A DNA stretch of 64,000 nt, from sequence record PQ015378.1. One strand, 5' to 3'. A program made the position numbers and the translations under genes. The notes below the pieces were generated by a model. That model saw only the letters and a list, made by a program, of their open reading frames with translations. It did not search any database and had not been told where the DNA came from. Each line of letters opens with the position of its first letter. Within the stretch, counting starts at the first letter, position 1. Shown here piece by piece: positions 8,455 through 20,179 of this stretch.

Positions 8455-11172
8455 TTAAGTCCTCGTGATGATGATGTACTGTGAGAGCTCCGGCATTTCG
8501 CGCAGGTTCAACTTCAGTACTCTCACAAAGAAGTCATACTGTTGAATATCCAGACCCTGGGCAGTTGGGTGCCAGTGCGGATAAACTACCACGTGGTTAT
8601 GGTTGTAATCCCGGTTGAGGATGTCAAACGGTTTCATCCATTCATAACGCGCCACGGCCTTTTGGATGTCCATGTCGGTATAACGACCGTTCACCAATGG
8701 TGGCTTGAGAATGCCTTTCTGGAGATCGTGCAGGATCTTGTTCGTGTAAGCACTGAACACGTGATACTGCGTTTTGATCTTGTCCGAAGTTGTGCGTGGC
8801 CGTTGCGGGAAGTATTCGGTCATGTAGTCCGACACTTGTTTGTCCCGTTCATCGTCTTCCTTCCGAGCGATAGAGTTCGGATCGTAAACATCCCGGAATG
8901 CAACCTGGGGAGTTTGGATCTGATAAGGCGCACCGTTACGCTCATCATTGATAACCAACGTCCCGTAGTCTTCCTCGAACTTCACATCGGAGAATGCCCG
9001 GTAGTGTCCATCCACAACAATCCGCTGCACTTTGTGGGTGTGCAGATCGTAAACACCATTGCCCGAGAGAACACCATACTCCACAAAGCCAAACTCGGTC
9101 GGCTTATAAAGAGTCAGCTCAGGGGAGCAGAACCCATGACCCCGAAGGATCAATGTGTTGATGTCATTCAGGTATTCCAGGTTGCACAGCACGACTTGGG
9201 TTTCACGGAACGTCTTGCCGGGAATGATCACGTAATCGAGGTCTTCGATTAGAGGTCGGCCATTCTCACCGTTCTCGTCAGCCAGGAACAAATCGAACTG
9301 ACCAAACGGAACGTCCATCAGTTCTTCTGTCGGTTGTCCCGATGCAGTTGAAACGTGACGGAAGCTGAAACGAATCATGCCATCACCTTTGTTGAAGCGA
9401 CGCACGTCCATGAAGAACCGATCGGCTTTACGTACCAGACCCAACCACTTCTTCGGATCTGCCGTCCAACGCCATACTGGCGTATCCCCAGTTTCATCCA
9501 GGAAGCCCCACTCATGACGGTTCGGTAGATCAGTGATGTCTTTCCACTCACCCGTAGGTTCACCACCCCAAACAGGGTTGACATAGACCCGGAAGCCGTA
9601 GTTACCCGTGATCTCCACGGGGTTCACGCCGTAAGCACCTTGCAGGTCAGTAGACCCAACACCGGTGATCGCTTCCACCCAAGCGCACTTCTGGTTGACC
9701 ACGTAGTAGCGAGAACCACCAGTGTGATAATGCCACTCCAGCAACACACCTTTGTCATCGAACTCGAACACCGTAGCGTTCTGCCAGTAGACGTAAGCTA
9801 GATCCGCGTAACGGAAGTTCTGACCCTGGACTACCTTGGCTGGGTTGTCAGCAAGGATGTGCGCAGACTCGTGATAACCAAAGACGTCGCCTGCAAACTT
9901 TTGAGCATCTTTCTTAGCCTGGTTTGTCTTGTTCGGATCACCGAAAGTAATCGGATAGATGACTTCAGGTTTGGCGGACATGAAACGGACATATGGAGCT
10001 TTCTCCAGGTTTGCTGCATGCCACACAGGGATCGAATCAGCACCCGTCATAGCACGAACGATGTCGGTATCTTTCAAGCGATACAGCTCTTGGATACGAG
10101 ACGACTCTGCAACGATGGGGCGTTCATAACCCGACCGACGATGGTACACACGCAGGTACATCGGATCAGACGTAGCCCACTTATCAGAAGGCCAGACCTG
10201 AGGGTTCGAAGGATGACGTGGATCTTCAGGGTGAGCGGCAATCAACGACTGCACTTTTCCAACCGGTACAGACCAATCGCGGTGGGTCAGCTGACGCATC
10301 CACTTACCGTCATTGTGATGGTAGTGAACACCGGAGTACCGTGCACGAGCATTGTCGTTCTTACACAGGAATACAGCCAGGTCATCGTGGAACTCGATCG
10401 TTGATACCGACTTGTCTTTCGGTAAGTGGATTAGGTACTTGTTGGATTGATCGAGAGTAGAGGTGAACGTAGGCGTGCCGCCCAGTCGGTATTCAGCAAC
10501 GCGGTATATCGAAGTATCCAATACCCACTCGCAATAGTCACCAGCGCCAGCGGTAACCAAAGAGATTTCGTGAACCAAGCGACCATTAACCCAACATAAA
10601 GGAATCCCACCGGGCACTTGTGCCAGGCGATCAGATAGCTGGATTTGGAATTGTCGCAATGCTGCTGTCGTCGCAGGGCGGAGGGAACGAGCCTCGATAA
10701 AGTTCTCTTTATCATTCGAACGCTTCGATTGCCAGAAGGCATTTTGGTAGAAGTGGATGTATGGTTGATGTTCGTCCAGATCCGGGAACAGCGGCAGGAT
10801 CTTGGCACAAACCAACAGGTTTTGGTTGTGGGTAATCAACACCCAGGTATTGGCCCGAGAATATTGAATCCCAGCGTCAACGTAGATCTCGCCGAGCATC
10901 TTGTGCTTGTTAGCCAGTTCTTCGAGTGACATCCATTTGTTGTAAGTCTTCGGGAGAGCAAGGTGGGATGGAACCACCTGACCGATCTGGTACACATGGA
11001 ACCAGTCTCGTTCGTTCTCGAAAGGCAGATCGTACCGATCCCCATCAACTGTGTAGTAACGGCGAGTGCCGTACTTCGGAGTCAGTTGACGGAGTTGGTA
11101 TTGGAACTGCCGATCCATCCCGAGGTTACACCAAACGTTATCGATTGCATAACGCAACAGATACTCGTTCAT
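8455..11172 (-). CDS. Virion structural/baseplate protein (phiKZ gp27-like)
   Basis: 905 aa, N-terminus [16 protein letters not shown]; synteny. Confidence 0.75.
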   Translation of the reverse strand: MNEYLLRYAIDNVWCNLGMDRQFQYQLRQLTPKYGTRRYYTVDGDRYDLPFENERDWFHVYQIGQVVPSHLALPKTYNKWMSLEELANKHKMLGEIYVDAGIQYSRANTWVLITHNQNLLVCAKILPLFPDLDEHQPYIHFYQNAFWQSKRSNDKENFIEARSLRPATTAALRQFQIQLSDRLAQVPGGIPLCWVNGRLVHEISLVTAGAGDYCEWVLDTSIYRVAEYRLGGTPTFTSTLDQSNKYLIHLPKDKSVSTIEFHDDLAVFLCKNDNARARYSGVHYHHNDGKWMRQLTHRDWSVPVGKVQSLIAAHPEDPRHPSNPQVWPSDKWATSDPMYLRVYHRRSGYERPIVAESSRIQELYRLKDTDIVRAMTGADSIPVWHAANLEKAPYVRFMSAKPEVIYPITFGDPNKTNQAKKDAQKFAGDVFGYHESAHILADNPAKVVQGQNFRYADLAYVYWQNATVFEFDDKGVLLEWHYHTGGSRYYVVNQKCAWVEAITGVGSTDLQGAYGVNPVEITGNYGFRVYVNPVWGGEPTGEWKDITDLPNRHEWGFLDETGDTPVWRWTADPKKWLGLVRKADRFFMDVRRFNKGDGMIRFSFRHVSTASGQPTEELMDVPFGQFDLFLADENGENGRPLIEDLDYVIIPGKTFRETQVVLCNLEYLNDINTLILRGHGFCSPELTLYKPTEFGFVEYGVLSGNGVYDLHTHKVQRIVVDGHYRAFSDVKFEEDYGTLVINDERNGAPYQIQTPQVAFRDVYDPNSIARKEDDERDKQVSDYMTEYFPQRPRTTSDKIKTQYHVFSAYTNKILHDLQKGILKPPLVNGRYTDMDIQKAVARYEWMKPFDILNRDYNHNHVVVYPHWHPTAQGLDIQQYDFFVRVLKLNLREMPELSQYIIITRT

Positions 11173-11184
11173 TGTTTTCCCCTA

Positions 11185-12120
11185 TTAGACGAATTGTTCT
11201 TTTGCGGCGCGACCGACGAGGTCGATGAAGTTGCGCATGGCATTGCCAGTACTGAGACGTTCAGCACGTTCAGTGATCTTCGACTTACGGTATGAACGAT
11301 CGGAACATGCCGTGTATGCGATAGCCAGCCAGGTTGGCAGGTGCTCAAGCGCCATGCCGACGTTGTCCGACGAGTTGAGACCGAACCACGAAGCTTTCAA
11401 CAGCACGTGCAGGTCAGAGAAGCCCAGCTTGCCCATGGCCAGCGATTTGCCTTTGCTCGACAGTTCATTAGCGAACTGATCAGCATTCTCCATGTCACCG
11501 ATCGAACCTTTGACATCCGGGTCAACCATGAACAGTACATCGTCCAGTGGCACACGAGTCAGATCGGAGATCAGGCTACCTGCACGCAGACGATCATGGC
11601 CAGCCTTGGCCAGTTCCGGCATGTACAGCGAGAAGTAATAAAGGCAGGAGATTACACGCAGAGCCATCTCTGATTGTGGAGGCAGGGTGTAACGCTGAAC
11701 CAGGGTACCGGTAACCCAGTCCATGAAAAGCTTGGCCGGGAAGTCGGTGAAGCGAGACATCGAGCTCGGACCTTCTTCCAGCATCTTCAGTGTCAGGGCA
11801 ACGCGGACACATTGTAGTTGCCAATCGTTTGCGGCAGTCAGTCGCGTCACACCAGTACGTTCATCGTACTTCATGTATTGACGGCCATCTACTACAAGCT
11901 TCGGACTACGGTCGTCACCCACGTTTACAATGTGGGCGAAGTTGGGAACGTCGTCGTGTTCTTCACGAGGGGTAACGACACCAGTCATCTGAATGGTTTC
12001 GTTCATCACAGTTTGCATCGGCGGCAAGGAGAGGGTGACCTCAGCCTTACGAATCGCGGCGACGTATGGTTCAGTTTTGCTTAGGCGACCAAGAGTCGTC
12101 AGGTATGGTAGGGTGACCAT
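11185..12120 (-). CDS. Virion structural protein (phiKZ gp28-like)
   Basis: 311 aa, RBS AGGAG, divergent from the sheath gene; synteny. Confidence 0.7.
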   Translation of the reverse strand: MVTLPYLTTLGRLSKTEPYVAAIRKAEVTLSLPPMQTVMNETIQMTGVVTPREEHDDVPNFAHIVNVGDDRSPKLVVDGRQYMKYDERTGVTRLTAANDWQLQCVRVALTLKMLEEGPSSMSRFTDFPAKLFMDWVTGTLVQRYTLPPQSEMALRVISCLYYFSLYMPELAKAGHDRLRAGSLISDLTRVPLDDVLFMVDPDVKGSIGDMENADQFANELSSKGKSLAMGKLGFSDLHVLLKASWFGLNSSDNVGMALEHLPTWLAIAYTACSDRSYRKSKITERAERLSTGNAMRNFIDLVGRAAKEQFV

Positions 12121-12178
12121 TCCATATCTCCTTTTAGGGGGTAAAAAATAACTTCCGAGGTCAATCCTAGTTAATATC

Positions 12179-12206
12179 TATGAATGACCGTTAGTTAACA
12201 CTCATA
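12179..12206. promoter_or_regulatory. Candidate divergent late promoters (TATG on each strand)
   Basis: TATG at 12179-12182 (+) and 12206-12203 (-) in the gap between structural operons. The phiKZ late consensus is TATG, but it is only 4 bp. Confidence 0.4.
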
Positions 12207-12244
12207 ACATCGAGTTCAAAGCTCCACACTTGGGAGAATCACAG

Positions 12245-14371
12245 ATGTCTTACACCAATGCCGTCCCTAAGGTAACCTTCAACGGTATCCGGGACCTGAG
12301 TCGTCGAGCGTTCCAACGTCCACCTGTGACGTTCGCGCAACACACTCCCCTGCTGCGTCTCTTCTGTGAGACCGGCCCTACCGAAACCACCTATGTCGGC
12401 AACGATGAAGACGGTTTCGCAACCATCTACGGTGAGAACTCGCTCGCACCTCGCAGCAAGTATTTCAACCAACAGTCTCTTCTGGCTCTGCAGTTCCTGA
12501 GCGAAGGTAACGGCTTCTACGTGAAGCGTCTGATTCCAGAAGATGCTGGCAACCCTGCCCGAATCATCGTCGCACTAGAGATGGTGCGTGATTATGTCTC
12601 GCAGACCATTCGCCAACTGGGTGGCTTCAACTATCCAGACGCCGTGAATGACATGTCGGCCAACCCAATGGCCGTTGCGGACAACCAAGTGGAAGGTTAC
12701 CGCGCACGCATCATCCTGATCCGCGACAACAACTCGGAAGTCGGTACCCAACGTATCCTGCCGGGTGAGATGAAATCCACCATGGACGGTTCCCAGTCGA
12801 CTGTCTACCCTCTGTTCGAACTGCCAGCCTCGTTCGTAGGTGCGCAGGGCAACAACCTGGGTATGCGTATCTGGTGCACCCACACTGCCGACCCGGATGG
12901 TTTCGACGAAGAAACTGCCGATCGCTTCAAGACCCGTATGTACCGCGTCCAGTTCGTTGAACTGCCAGTCGTTGGTAACACTCCGGTGATCGTGAAGACC
13001 GCGACCGATGAAGACTTCGTGAACGTTTCGTTCGATGCTGGTGTCTACTCGTCGACCTACGACATGGACTACGGTATCCAGGACTTCCTGATCGAGCGCT
13101 ACGAAGACGATGGTTATCAGTCTGGCCTGTCCCAGTTGTACTCGCCGTTCTCCGAGATCTTCGTTTATGACGACAACGTTGAGTTGGTTCGTGAACTGAT
13201 CCTGGCCGCTGAGGAAGCAGTCAACCCAGCTATCACTGGCTCGGTAACTTCTTCCCACCAAATCGACTTCCTGACCATGCTCGGTGAAGACGGTGATCCA
13301 TACCAGGCCATCCAACTGGAAGGTGCTCTGGGTGGTGGTGTGTCCCTCGGTAAGAACGCAACCATCTACGCCACTGGCGGTACTGATGGTACCACAGATC
13401 TGGAAGAGTACAACAAGCTGGTCGACATCGAGAACACCAACTTCGGTAAGCTGGGCGAAGACCAGTACGAAGACGTTGCTCGTTACCAGTTCGGCGTTCT
13501 GTACGATACCGGCCTACCAATGGAATCCAAGTTCCGGGCTATCGGTGTACTGGCCGCTCGTCGTGACCTGCAGTACTACTTCACCACCTTCGTGGATGGT
13601 GAATCGCGTATGCTCTCAGCTTCCGAAGAAGCATCGCGTTGCCAGGCACTCATCACTCGTCTGCAAGCCTACCCAGAGTCGACCCTCTACGGTACTGGCG
13701 TCTGCCGGGCGATGATCTCGCTGCAATCCGGTAAGCTGATCTCTGGTGGTAGCGGCATGCCGCGCATCGTTCCTCAGCTTCTGGACATCGGTGTCAAGTG
13801 GGCACGCTACGCTGGTCAGGGAACTGGTCTGCTACGCGAAGGCTTCGAAATGGACGAGTCTCCGAACAACCGCGTCTCGCTGATCAAACAGCAGAACGTC
13901 AAGTTTTTCGGCGAGCGTACTCGTGCACAGCTGTGGGCAAACGGCGCGACCTGGTCGCAGTCGTACGATCAGCGTTCGATGTACTACCCATGCCTGCGTT
14001 CGGTTTACAAGGACGATACTTCGGTTCTCCTGTCGCCGATCACCGTGGCAATCTGCTGCGACATCATTCGTCTGATCCACAAAGTGCATGCTGACTTCTC
14101 GGGTAACGCTCGACTGACCAAAGAACAGTTGATCCAGCGTACCGATGAACGAATCCTGGAACTGACCCGTGAGCGCTACGGCGATCGCGTTGACGTTATC
14201 CCACGGACGTACATCACGACCCTCGACGACAACAACGGTACCAGCTGGAGCTGTGAAGTGACTGTAGCGGCCAACAACCCGCACACCACTCTCAACTTCA
14301 ACCTGACCACCGTGCGTCGTGGTTCCCCAGAACACGCCCGCGCTATCGCAGCCGCAGCTACCCAGGGTTAA
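12245..14371 (+). CDS. Tail sheath protein (phiKZ gp29-like)
   Basis: About 708 aa; [26 protein letters not shown] and [16 protein letters not shown]; directly upstream of a tube-sized gene. Confidence 0.9.
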   Translation: MSYTNAVPKVTFNGIRDLSRRAFQRPPVTFAQHTPLLRLFCETGPTETTYVGNDEDGFATIYGENSLAPRSKYFNQQSLLALQFLSEGNGFYVKRLIPEDAGNPARIIVALEMVRDYVSQTIRQLGGFNYPDAVNDMSANPMAVADNQVEGYRARIILIRDNNSEVGTQRILPGEMKSTMDGSQSTVYPLFELPASFVGAQGNNLGMRIWCTHTADPDGFDEETADRFKTRMYRVQFVELPVVGNTPVIVKTATDEDFVNVSFDAGVYSSTYDMDYGIQDFLIERYEDDGYQSGLSQLYSPFSEIFVYDDNVELVRELILAAEEAVNPAITGSVTSSHQIDFLTMLGEDGDPYQAIQLEGALGGGVSLGKNATIYATGGTDGTTDLEEYNKLVDIENTNFGKLGEDQYEDVARYQFGVLYDTGLPMESKFRAIGVLAARRDLQYYFTTFVDGESRMLSASEEASRCQALITRLQAYPESTLYGTGVCRAMISLQSGKLISGGSGMPRIVPQLLDIGVKWARYAGQGTGLLREGFEMDESPNNRVSLIKQQNVKFFGERTRAQLWANGATWSQSYDQRSMYYPCLRSVYKDDTSVLLSPITVAICCDIIRLIHKVHADFSGNARLTKEQLIQRTDERILELTRERYGDRVDVIPRTYITTLDDNNGTSWSCEVTVAANNPHTTLNFNLTTVRRGSPEHARAIAAAATQG

Positions 14372-14408
14372 TCCTTGGGTAGTTCCATAATCGCAAGAGG
14401 TTTCTCTC

Positions 14409-15284
14409 ATGGCAGCTAACAAGCGCTACAACTCGCCGTACGCCCCACGCTCGGGCTACGGGGCCAACGCCTCCGAGAACATGATGAACGTGGCTCAGGC
14501 CGGTACGTTCGTTATGGCTCCGGATCTGGCCAACCTGGCTTCGAACACGCCATACGTGTCTCGGAACCTGATTGCCATTCTGCTGGAAGCTCCACGCTTC
14601 TTCCGGTATGCTTCGAACCAAAACCAACTGATCGGTTCTCTGAAGGCTCTCTTCGAGAAACACTGTCGGACCATCGACGGCCTCAACCGTACGCTGACCG
14701 CAGAATTCGCTGACGCCCCTGTGGGTGGTGCTGGTGAAGTTATCTCGGCGATCTCGAACGTCACTCGTGCAACCTCCCGTCCATCACTGGGCGCGTGGGA
14801 ACTGCAAGGTCGTGCAATTCAGCACTTCCTGGAGTGGTGGATCACCTACGGCCTGGCAGACCCGAACACCAAAGTTCCTCTGATCGTTTCCGACGGTATG
14901 GTTCGTCCAGAACACTACAACCAAACCTTCGCGGGTTGCACTGTGCTGTTCATCGAACCAGACCCAACCATGCAAGATGTGGTTACTGCGTACCTTTGCA
15001 CCAACATGCAGCCAACCACCACTGGTGATTGGTCGAACCGTAAGGACGTAGCACAAATCGGTCAGAACCTGGACCTGACGATCGAGTTCACCGCACTGAC
15101 CGATACCTCGGCTGGTGTGAAGATGTACGCTCGTGAAATCCTCCAGTCGATGGACATCACCGGTCTGAACCCGAACGACATGCAGCTGTGGAACGAGCGC
15201 ATCGACGCCGACGTACTGCGTTCGAAGAACGGTATCACCGACCAGCTGGTACAAGGTTCTTCGAACCGTATCGGCATCGCGTAA
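14409..15284 (+). CDS. Tail tube protein (phiKZ gp30-like)
   Basis: 291 aa after the sheath; [15 protein letters not shown] and FIEPDPT. Confidence 0.85.
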   Translation: MAANKRYNSPYAPRSGYGANASENMMNVAQAGTFVMAPDLANLASNTPYVSRNLIAILLEAPRFFRYASNQNQLIGSLKALFEKHCRTIDGLNRTLTAEFADAPVGGAGEVISAISNVTRATSRPSLGAWELQGRAIQHFLEWWITYGLADPNTKVPLIVSDGMVRPEHYNQTFAGCTVLFIEPDPTMQDVVTAYLCTNMQPTTTGDWSNRKDVAQIGQNLDLTIEFTALTDTSAGVKMYAREILQSMDITGLNPNDMQLWNERIDADVLRSKNGITDQLVQGSSNRIGIA

Positions 15285-15295
15285 GGAGCTGAGCA

Positions 15296-15481
15296 ATGGC
15301 AGCTACTCCCTCTACACCTACGGGTTTGAAACCTGGCCAGCAGAAGAAGACCTACGCCGAATTAGTCGGGGTCGACGTATCTGCTACCGGGTTTGGTTTT
15401 GCGGATGATCTGGCAGCTATTGCTCAGTCGCGGAAGGCTCCACAACAGCCAACTACCGCAGCCACCAATCCCAAGGCGTGA
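15296..15481 (+). CDS. Small hypothetical protein at the end of the tail operon
   Basis: RBS AAGGAG; followed by a terminator. Confidence 0.7.
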   Translation: MAATPSTPTGLKPGQQKKTYAELVGVDVSATGFGFADDLAAIAQSRKAPQQPTTAATNPKA

Positions 15482-15491
15482 GCTGGTATAT

Positions 15492-15521
15492 CGCCTTCCC
15501 TCTGGGGAAGGCTTTATGCCG
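15492..15521 (+). terminator. Hairpin with TTTATGCCG flank
   Basis: gccttccc-tctg-gggaaggc-tttatgccg. Confidence 0.75.
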
Positions 15522-15543
15522 TTATTCAAAGATTCTACAAACC

Positions 15544-15551
15544 TACATTAC
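15544..15551 (+). promoter_or_regulatory. Early promoter variant TACATTAC (ACC class)
   Basis: One mismatch to the core; upstream context AAAGATTCT...ACC shared with 3652; TGTG downstream. Confidence 0.7.
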
Positions 15552-15585
15552 TAATGTGAACCAAACCACCCAATAGGAACATGCA

Positions 15586-16800
15586 ATGTCTATCTACATC
15601 ATCAACCCGAAAGAACGTGCTCACGGTACCATGCTACCTGCAGACATCCTGTTGATCCTGCGTATGCAGTTCCATCAACTGGAAGCTGTCGGGTTATACA
15701 TGGAATCGGATGTACGCTTCACCAACCGCGCCAACCTGTACATGGTTCACGAAGGTTCGCCAGACTGCATCAGCATCAAACGTTTTTCGAATGGTCGTCA
15801 GAACGATCCGTTCCTGGTCAAGTTCCACTGTGAGACCGGCCGTATCGAGTACAACCTGAACCTGCTGCGCGAAGACTTCCCTGGTCGTGGTGATGGCCAG
15901 ATCTGGATGTCGGTTCTGGAACTGCTGGCTCGCGTAGAGCAAAGCTTCCTGAACAACGATGCCTGGATGTTCCAAACTCAGATCAGTCGTCGTACCCGTA
16001 TCCAGCTGCGCAACTTCCTGCGTCTGTGCATGACCATCACCGACAGCTCCAACAATCCGGTGCCGGTACCAAGTCGTGATCCAGCCCGTCCGAAGGTTCT
16101 GCGCAAAGAAGGCGATGCTGTCGCCATCTACGATCGCAACGGCACGCTGGTGATTCGTCTGACCGACGATAGCTTCGAACTCGGTCCAGACTTCTCGGCC
16201 ATCACTGACTTCGACAAGGTCCTGGACAACATCGTCGTTAACATTCGTCCTGATCTGCTGAAGTTCCGTCAGAACATCGCGGAGAAACTGAAGCCGCTGG
16301 ACAACATGCTGAAGTACCTGGAGAAACAGTGGAAGCTGTTCGCAGTTCACGCCAAGACTTCTGCCAACGCAGCTGACCCAGATCTGGTTGCACCGAAAAT
16401 CCCTGAGTTCATGATCAACACCGAACGCTACACTGTTCGCCGTACTGATGAACACTGGGTCGTTACCTTCCCATGTGGTGTGGGTATCCAGAACGAAGGT
16501 CACATCTACTACGAGCTACCGAAAGGCAAACTCCGCGTGATGCCAAAAGCTCTGGACGATCTGAAAGCACTGGGTTTCGATCTGAAAGGTCTGTTCGCTA
16601 ACCAGAACCGCATCGAGATGGCTGCACAAGAACACGTCATCAGCAACTACATGACCGCTCTGGCCAAGAGCGAGCGTGAGAAGCTGGGTCTCGACGAACC
16701 AACCTACGACCGTTACATGCAAGCATTCATGCTGGCTCGTGAAAACGGTTACAAGCGTACCTTCGGCGATTTCGCCAATACCCTCAAACAGATCCTGTAA
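15586..16800 (+). CDS. Hypothetical protein (early)
   Basis: 404-aa ORF with RBS TAGGA and phage-typical codon usage. Confidence 0.85.
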   Translation: MSIYIINPKERAHGTMLPADILLILRMQFHQLEAVGLYMESDVRFTNRANLYMVHEGSPDCISIKRFSNGRQNDPFLVKFHCETGRIEYNLNLLREDFPGRGDGQIWMSVLELLARVEQSFLNNDAWMFQTQISRRTRIQLRNFLRLCMTITDSSNNPVPVPSRDPARPKVLRKEGDAVAIYDRNGTLVIRLTDDSFELGPDFSAITDFDKVLDNIVVNIRPDLLKFRQNIAEKLKPLDNMLKYLEKQWKLFAVHAKTSANAADPDLVAPKIPEFMINTERYTVRRTDEHWVVTFPCGVGIQNEGHIYYELPKGKLRVMPKALDDLKALGFDLKGLFANQNRIEMAAQEHVISNYMTALAKSEREKLGLDEPTYDRYMQAFMLARENGYKRTFGDFANTLKQIL

Positions 16801-16809
16801 GGAGTTTCT

Positions 16810-17205
16810 ATGCGTAAGTTCATGACCCCTGCGTTCGCTTTCCTGTTGTCCGTGGCCAGCCTCTCTGCAACAGCCTCTGTCGTTGAAACGGCCCGTGACC
16901 AGGCCAACCGTACCCGTGAGCTTGCGCACACTCCTGTGGAGCTTCCTAGCGCGGCTAACGTCAACCCCGATGTATTGAGGGATCTGTTCGTTAGCTCGTT
17001 CTTGATGCACTGCGAGAAACAGGTCTGTATGAATGTGGCTGGTAAGGTTCCTGTCCCAGTTACTGAAGAGAACTACGTCGAGGGTTACTCGGTGGTGTTC
17101 GAATCTGGTGTACTGGAACGGAATCTGCTAGATCGCAAGAAACTTCAGCCATACTACCCATGGTTGTCGGATCTCTATCAGCAGTTGTACGCTGATCTGA
17201 AGTAA
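16810..17205 (+). CDS. Exported protein with Sec-type signal peptide
   Basis: MRKF + hydrophobic core + ATA/S cleavage-like site; RBS AAGGAG. Confidence 0.75.
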   Translation: MRKFMTPAFAFLLSVASLSATASVVETARDQANRTRELAHTPVELPSAANVNPDVLRDLFVSSFLMHCEKQVCMNVAGKVPVPVTEENYVEGYSVVFESGVLERNLLDRKKLQPYYPWLSDLYQQLYADLK

Positions 17206-17252
17206 CGACATAATGGCCTCCCTTCGGGGAGGCCTTATGCTGTTATTTTTTT
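17206..17252. terminator. Bidirectional UUCG terminator
   Basis: cgacataat-ggcctccc-TTCG-gggaggcc-ttatgc plus a T-run, between convergent genes. Confidence 0.85.
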
Positions 17253-18500
17253 TTATCGAGCGTAGTGGTTCTTGGTCATTACCCGAAGAGTCATGTAGAG
17301 CATGATTCCGGTGCGAGTAGCTGCCAGTACCGCTTTGTTCTTTACACCAGTGGCGTCGGCAACAACACGTTCACCCACATCACGCAGGTACAGAACCCGT
17401 GGGTCAGATGAACGAGAGGCCATCAGCTTGGACTTGATCTTGAGAATCAATCCCTCCAGGTCGTTCGAACGTTGGATAGCTGTCCGTTCCGATTGCATCT
17501 GGTCGAATACATACAACAGACATTCCTCCAGCATCTTGTCGATGTGTTGCATCCGAGCTTGCCCTACGTTCCGCACCATGTATTTGAGTGTGTCTTCAAA
17601 AGGCTGTGCTGGCATGGAGTCCTGCATTGCTCGTTCGATAACACCCATTAGTTCAGGACGCACGAAGTTGGCTTCGTTTGTGATGATCTCTTTGCCGTAG
17701 CGAAGATAAGAACCGAACCCATTGACTTTGTCTTTGAGGAACGAATCACCATCTGTGGAAATCCCCATCTCGGACGTAGAGATTACCTTACCGCCTTCTT
17801 TCAGTACTTGAACATACACCGCATAGATCTTGTTGATCACTTCACGGATACGTGATTGGGTGTCGGTTACCACACGGGTAGACCAATAATCGGTCAGCGA
17901 GTTCCTGGCACCGAAGATGTGATCGGTGTAGTTCGTGTCAGTCCCGATGATTGACAGGCAACGATCACGGATTAGGGCGTGCCAACTACCCAAGCGCCGG
18001 ATGTCCCATTTGTAGTTCAGTGACATGAACGTAGCTTCCGCCACTTCGCGTTTCGCAGGATATTGGAAACGACGGCTCAGCAACGAGGTCAGGTATTTGA
18101 TGTGCAGTAGTGTAAACAATGCAATCATTGTTTCATCCCGCAAGTTTCCAGGGAGGCTGGTATTCAACATCAGCTTCCGACAGAGGAAAGCAGGGATGTG
18201 GTTGAACGAATCCGAGTTCACGTTGTGTGAAGGATCGATCACGTCCAGCTTTAGGAAGTCGTATTGCAGAAGGTCGTCGTTGATCTTCAGGACTTCGTCA
18301 TACCACTGTTCGCGGTCAGACGGGAACCAACGAATCGGGTTGACACCCAACAGAGCACCACCGAAGAAAGCAGAGTGGTCTGCGTTCTTATTCATGAAGC
18401 GAGTTACGAAGTTGATAACGCGCATGCAGAATGCGCGGTCGAGTACGACGCCAGCGAAATGGCGTTCTAACAATTCGACGATAGAGGTTGTTTCATGCAT
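17253..18500 (-). CDS. Conserved virion protein (phiKZ gp32-like)
   Basis: FFGGALLGVNPIRW; start placed at ATG 18500 after AGGAG; synteny. Confidence 0.7.
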   Translation of the reverse strand: MHETTSIVELLERHFAGVVLDRAFCMRVINFVTRFMNKNADHSAFFGGALLGVNPIRWFPSDREQWYDEVLKINDDLLQYDFLKLDVIDPSHNVNSDSFNHIPAFLCRKLMLNTSLPGNLRDETMIALFTLLHIKYLTSLLSRRFQYPAKREVAEATFMSLNYKWDIRRLGSWHALIRDRCLSIIGTDTNYTDHIFGARNSLTDYWSTRVVTDTQSRIREVINKIYAVYVQVLKEGGKVISTSEMGISTDGDSFLKDKVNGFGSYLRYGKEIITNEANFVRPELMGVIERAMQDSMPAQPFEDTLKYMVRNVGQARMQHIDKMLEECLLYVFDQMQSERTAIQRSNDLEGLILKIKSKLMASRSSDPRVLYLRDVGERVVADATGVKNKAVLAATRTGIMLYMTLRVMTKNHYAR

Positions 18501-18549
18501 GTGCAAGTCTCCTAAGTTCAGATCATTGGACTGCATTAAAAGTCAGATC

Positions 18550-18557
18550 TATATTAC
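18550..18557 (+). promoter_or_regulatory. Early promoter (TCAGATC-TATATTAC)
   Basis: Exact core with the extended upstream motif. Confidence 0.8.
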
Positions 18558-18585
18558 TGTGGTGTCCCCAACCCGGAGTAAAGTA

Positions 18586-19185
18586 ATGACTGACATCAAG
18601 TTGACCCAGTGCGATGTTGACTCGTGGATCCTCTCAAACGAGACTCTGTTGAAACTGGTTGAGTCGCAGAACGTAGATCTTTCTGTTTACGATTACCCCA
18701 CCCGTATCGCTACGGGTAAAGGTGCAAACATCGTGGCTGGTGAGATTCTGGCGGAAGTCAAGAAGAAACTCGGCGACGCTACTTTCCAGGAAGTACTGCG
18801 TGCAGCGACTGAAAGTAATCCGGGTGTTCTACGTCTGGGTGCTGAAGCTGCCAATCGCTTCATCGAAGAGAACGGCCTCAAGCGTGGTGACTTCACCATG
18901 CACCACACCAATCCTGCTTCCGAGGGTAAGTTTATCCCGAGAAAGGATCACGACGTGGTGGTTGTGGGTGGTGGCCCTAGCCTGAAGAACTACATCTTCG
19001 ATGACGCAGTCACGCGGATGTATCCACACGTCGCAGTGCCGCTCAACATCGAGCCTCGTGCGCAATGGCCAGCCAAGGCTGAAGAGGCGAACTTCGTTTC
19101 CAAACCGATGCTGGCTCTGTTGTCCCGAGCTGTGCCTAACATCAAAAAGAAACCGGTAGATCCCACCGAACCACAACAGGGATAA
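18586..19185 (+). CDS. Hypothetical protein (early)
   Basis: ATG 18586 after GGAG and the early promoter; the track's upstream extension is spurious. Confidence 0.8.
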   Translation: MTDIKLTQCDVDSWILSNETLLKLVESQNVDLSVYDYPTRIATGKGANIVAGEILAEVKKKLGDATFQEVLRAATESNPGVLRLGAEAANRFIEENGLKRGDFTMHHTNPASEGKFIPRKDHDVVVVGGGPSLKNYIFDDAVTRMYPHVAVPLNIEPRAQWPAKAEEANFVSKPMLALLSRAVPNIKKKPVDPTEPQQG

Positions 19186-19186
19186 T

Positions 19187-19221
19187 ATACTAGCTGCCAA
19201 CTAGTATGTAATGCATTACAT
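19187..19221. promoter_or_regulatory. Overlapping inverted repeats / candidate middle promoter and operator
   Basis: ATACTAG-N7-CTAGTAT overlapping the perfect palindrome ATGTAATGCATTACAT (19206-19221). Confidence 0.45.
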
Positions 19222-19247
19222 CTGTCAAACAAAGAGGATATACCCGC

Positions 19248-20174
19248 ATGTGCAGTTCCAATGACGCTCTTCGCAAACTGATCGACGAAGCCATCGGCGG
19301 CTCCATCGCAGACCTGACCTTCACCGGTTGGAAAGACGACTCCGAGGGTGACGACCCTTATCGTGGTCGTGCTGGTGGCGAGCAAAACATCTTCATCACC
19401 ACTAACGGCGTGAACGCTGGTGGCATCGCTATCTCTCCAGGTAGCAACATCAACAACGGCGGCTTCCGCTTCGGTAACGAACGCGAAGGCACCCCGCTGA
19501 CTATCGAAACCATGCGCAGCATCCTGGTTACCGCTCTGGCCGTTTCACCTACCCCTCGTGGTCAGGCCCTGGCTGGTGCTTTCGCCAAGGTTGTTGAATC
19601 GCTGGCCACCAACTGCTTCGTGCCGGTTCGCTACGACATGAACATCTTCGGCGCACGTGACCCCTACGTCTCGATCGAGCTGTCGAACGGCATGCAGACC
19701 ATCGCCATGGCTACCGCCGAGAAACCATTCGATGGTGACCTGGCTGGCTTCACCCTGGACATCCCGAACCGTTACCACCTGGGTACTCGTATCGCCGAGA
19801 TCCTGACCGGTGCTTCCGGTAGCTACTTCGGTTACTCGCCAACCGGTCTGCAGATCGAGATCGATGGCAAGTGGAAACGTGTCATGGGGCTGACTGCTCA
19901 CACGGTACGCGAAGAAGAGCGTGAAGAGCTCAAGAATGATCCGATTGCCGGTCTGCCAGACCTGGCGGCCATCTTCGGTGATTCCGAGAAAGGCAAGCTG
20001 AACCTGAAACTGGCCACTGCTGTCATTGCGCAGCTGGAAAAGGTACACACGTCGGTTCTCCTGCGCCGTGTCGATCTGACCCAGTACAGCCGTGAAGGTA
20101 AGGGCACTGTTCGTCTGGATCTCGTCAAGTCCGACTTCAGCATGACCTTCTCTCTCGACTTCGAGCGCGAATAA
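19248..20174 (+). CDS. Hypothetical protein
   Basis: 308 aa, RBS GAGG, strongly biased codons suggesting high expression. Confidence 0.85.
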   Translation: MCSSNDALRKLIDEAIGGSIADLTFTGWKDDSEGDDPYRGRAGGEQNIFITTNGVNAGGIAISPGSNINNGGFRFGNEREGTPLTIETMRSILVTALAVSPTPRGQALAGAFAKVVESLATNCFVPVRYDMNIFGARDPYVSIELSNGMQTIAMATAEKPFDGDLAGFTLDIPNRYHLGTRIAEILTGASGSYFGYSPTGLQIEIDGKWKRVMGLTAHTVREEEREELKNDPIAGLPDLAAIFGDSEKGKLNLKLATAVIAQLEKVHTSVLLRRVDLTQYSREGKGTVRLDLVKSDFSMTFSLDFERE

Positions 20175-20179
20175 TAAGC

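Noticed and set aside
18025-18585. N-terminal extension of the 386-aa ORF 18025-19185
   Set aside because: It overlaps the gp32-like gene on the other strand and crosses an early promoter; the RBS supports ATG 18586.
18946-18990. VVVVGGGPSLK, resembling a Rossmann/MptE-like glycine loop
   Set aside because: It lies late in a 199-aa protein with no room for the rest of the domain; a single short motif is not enough.
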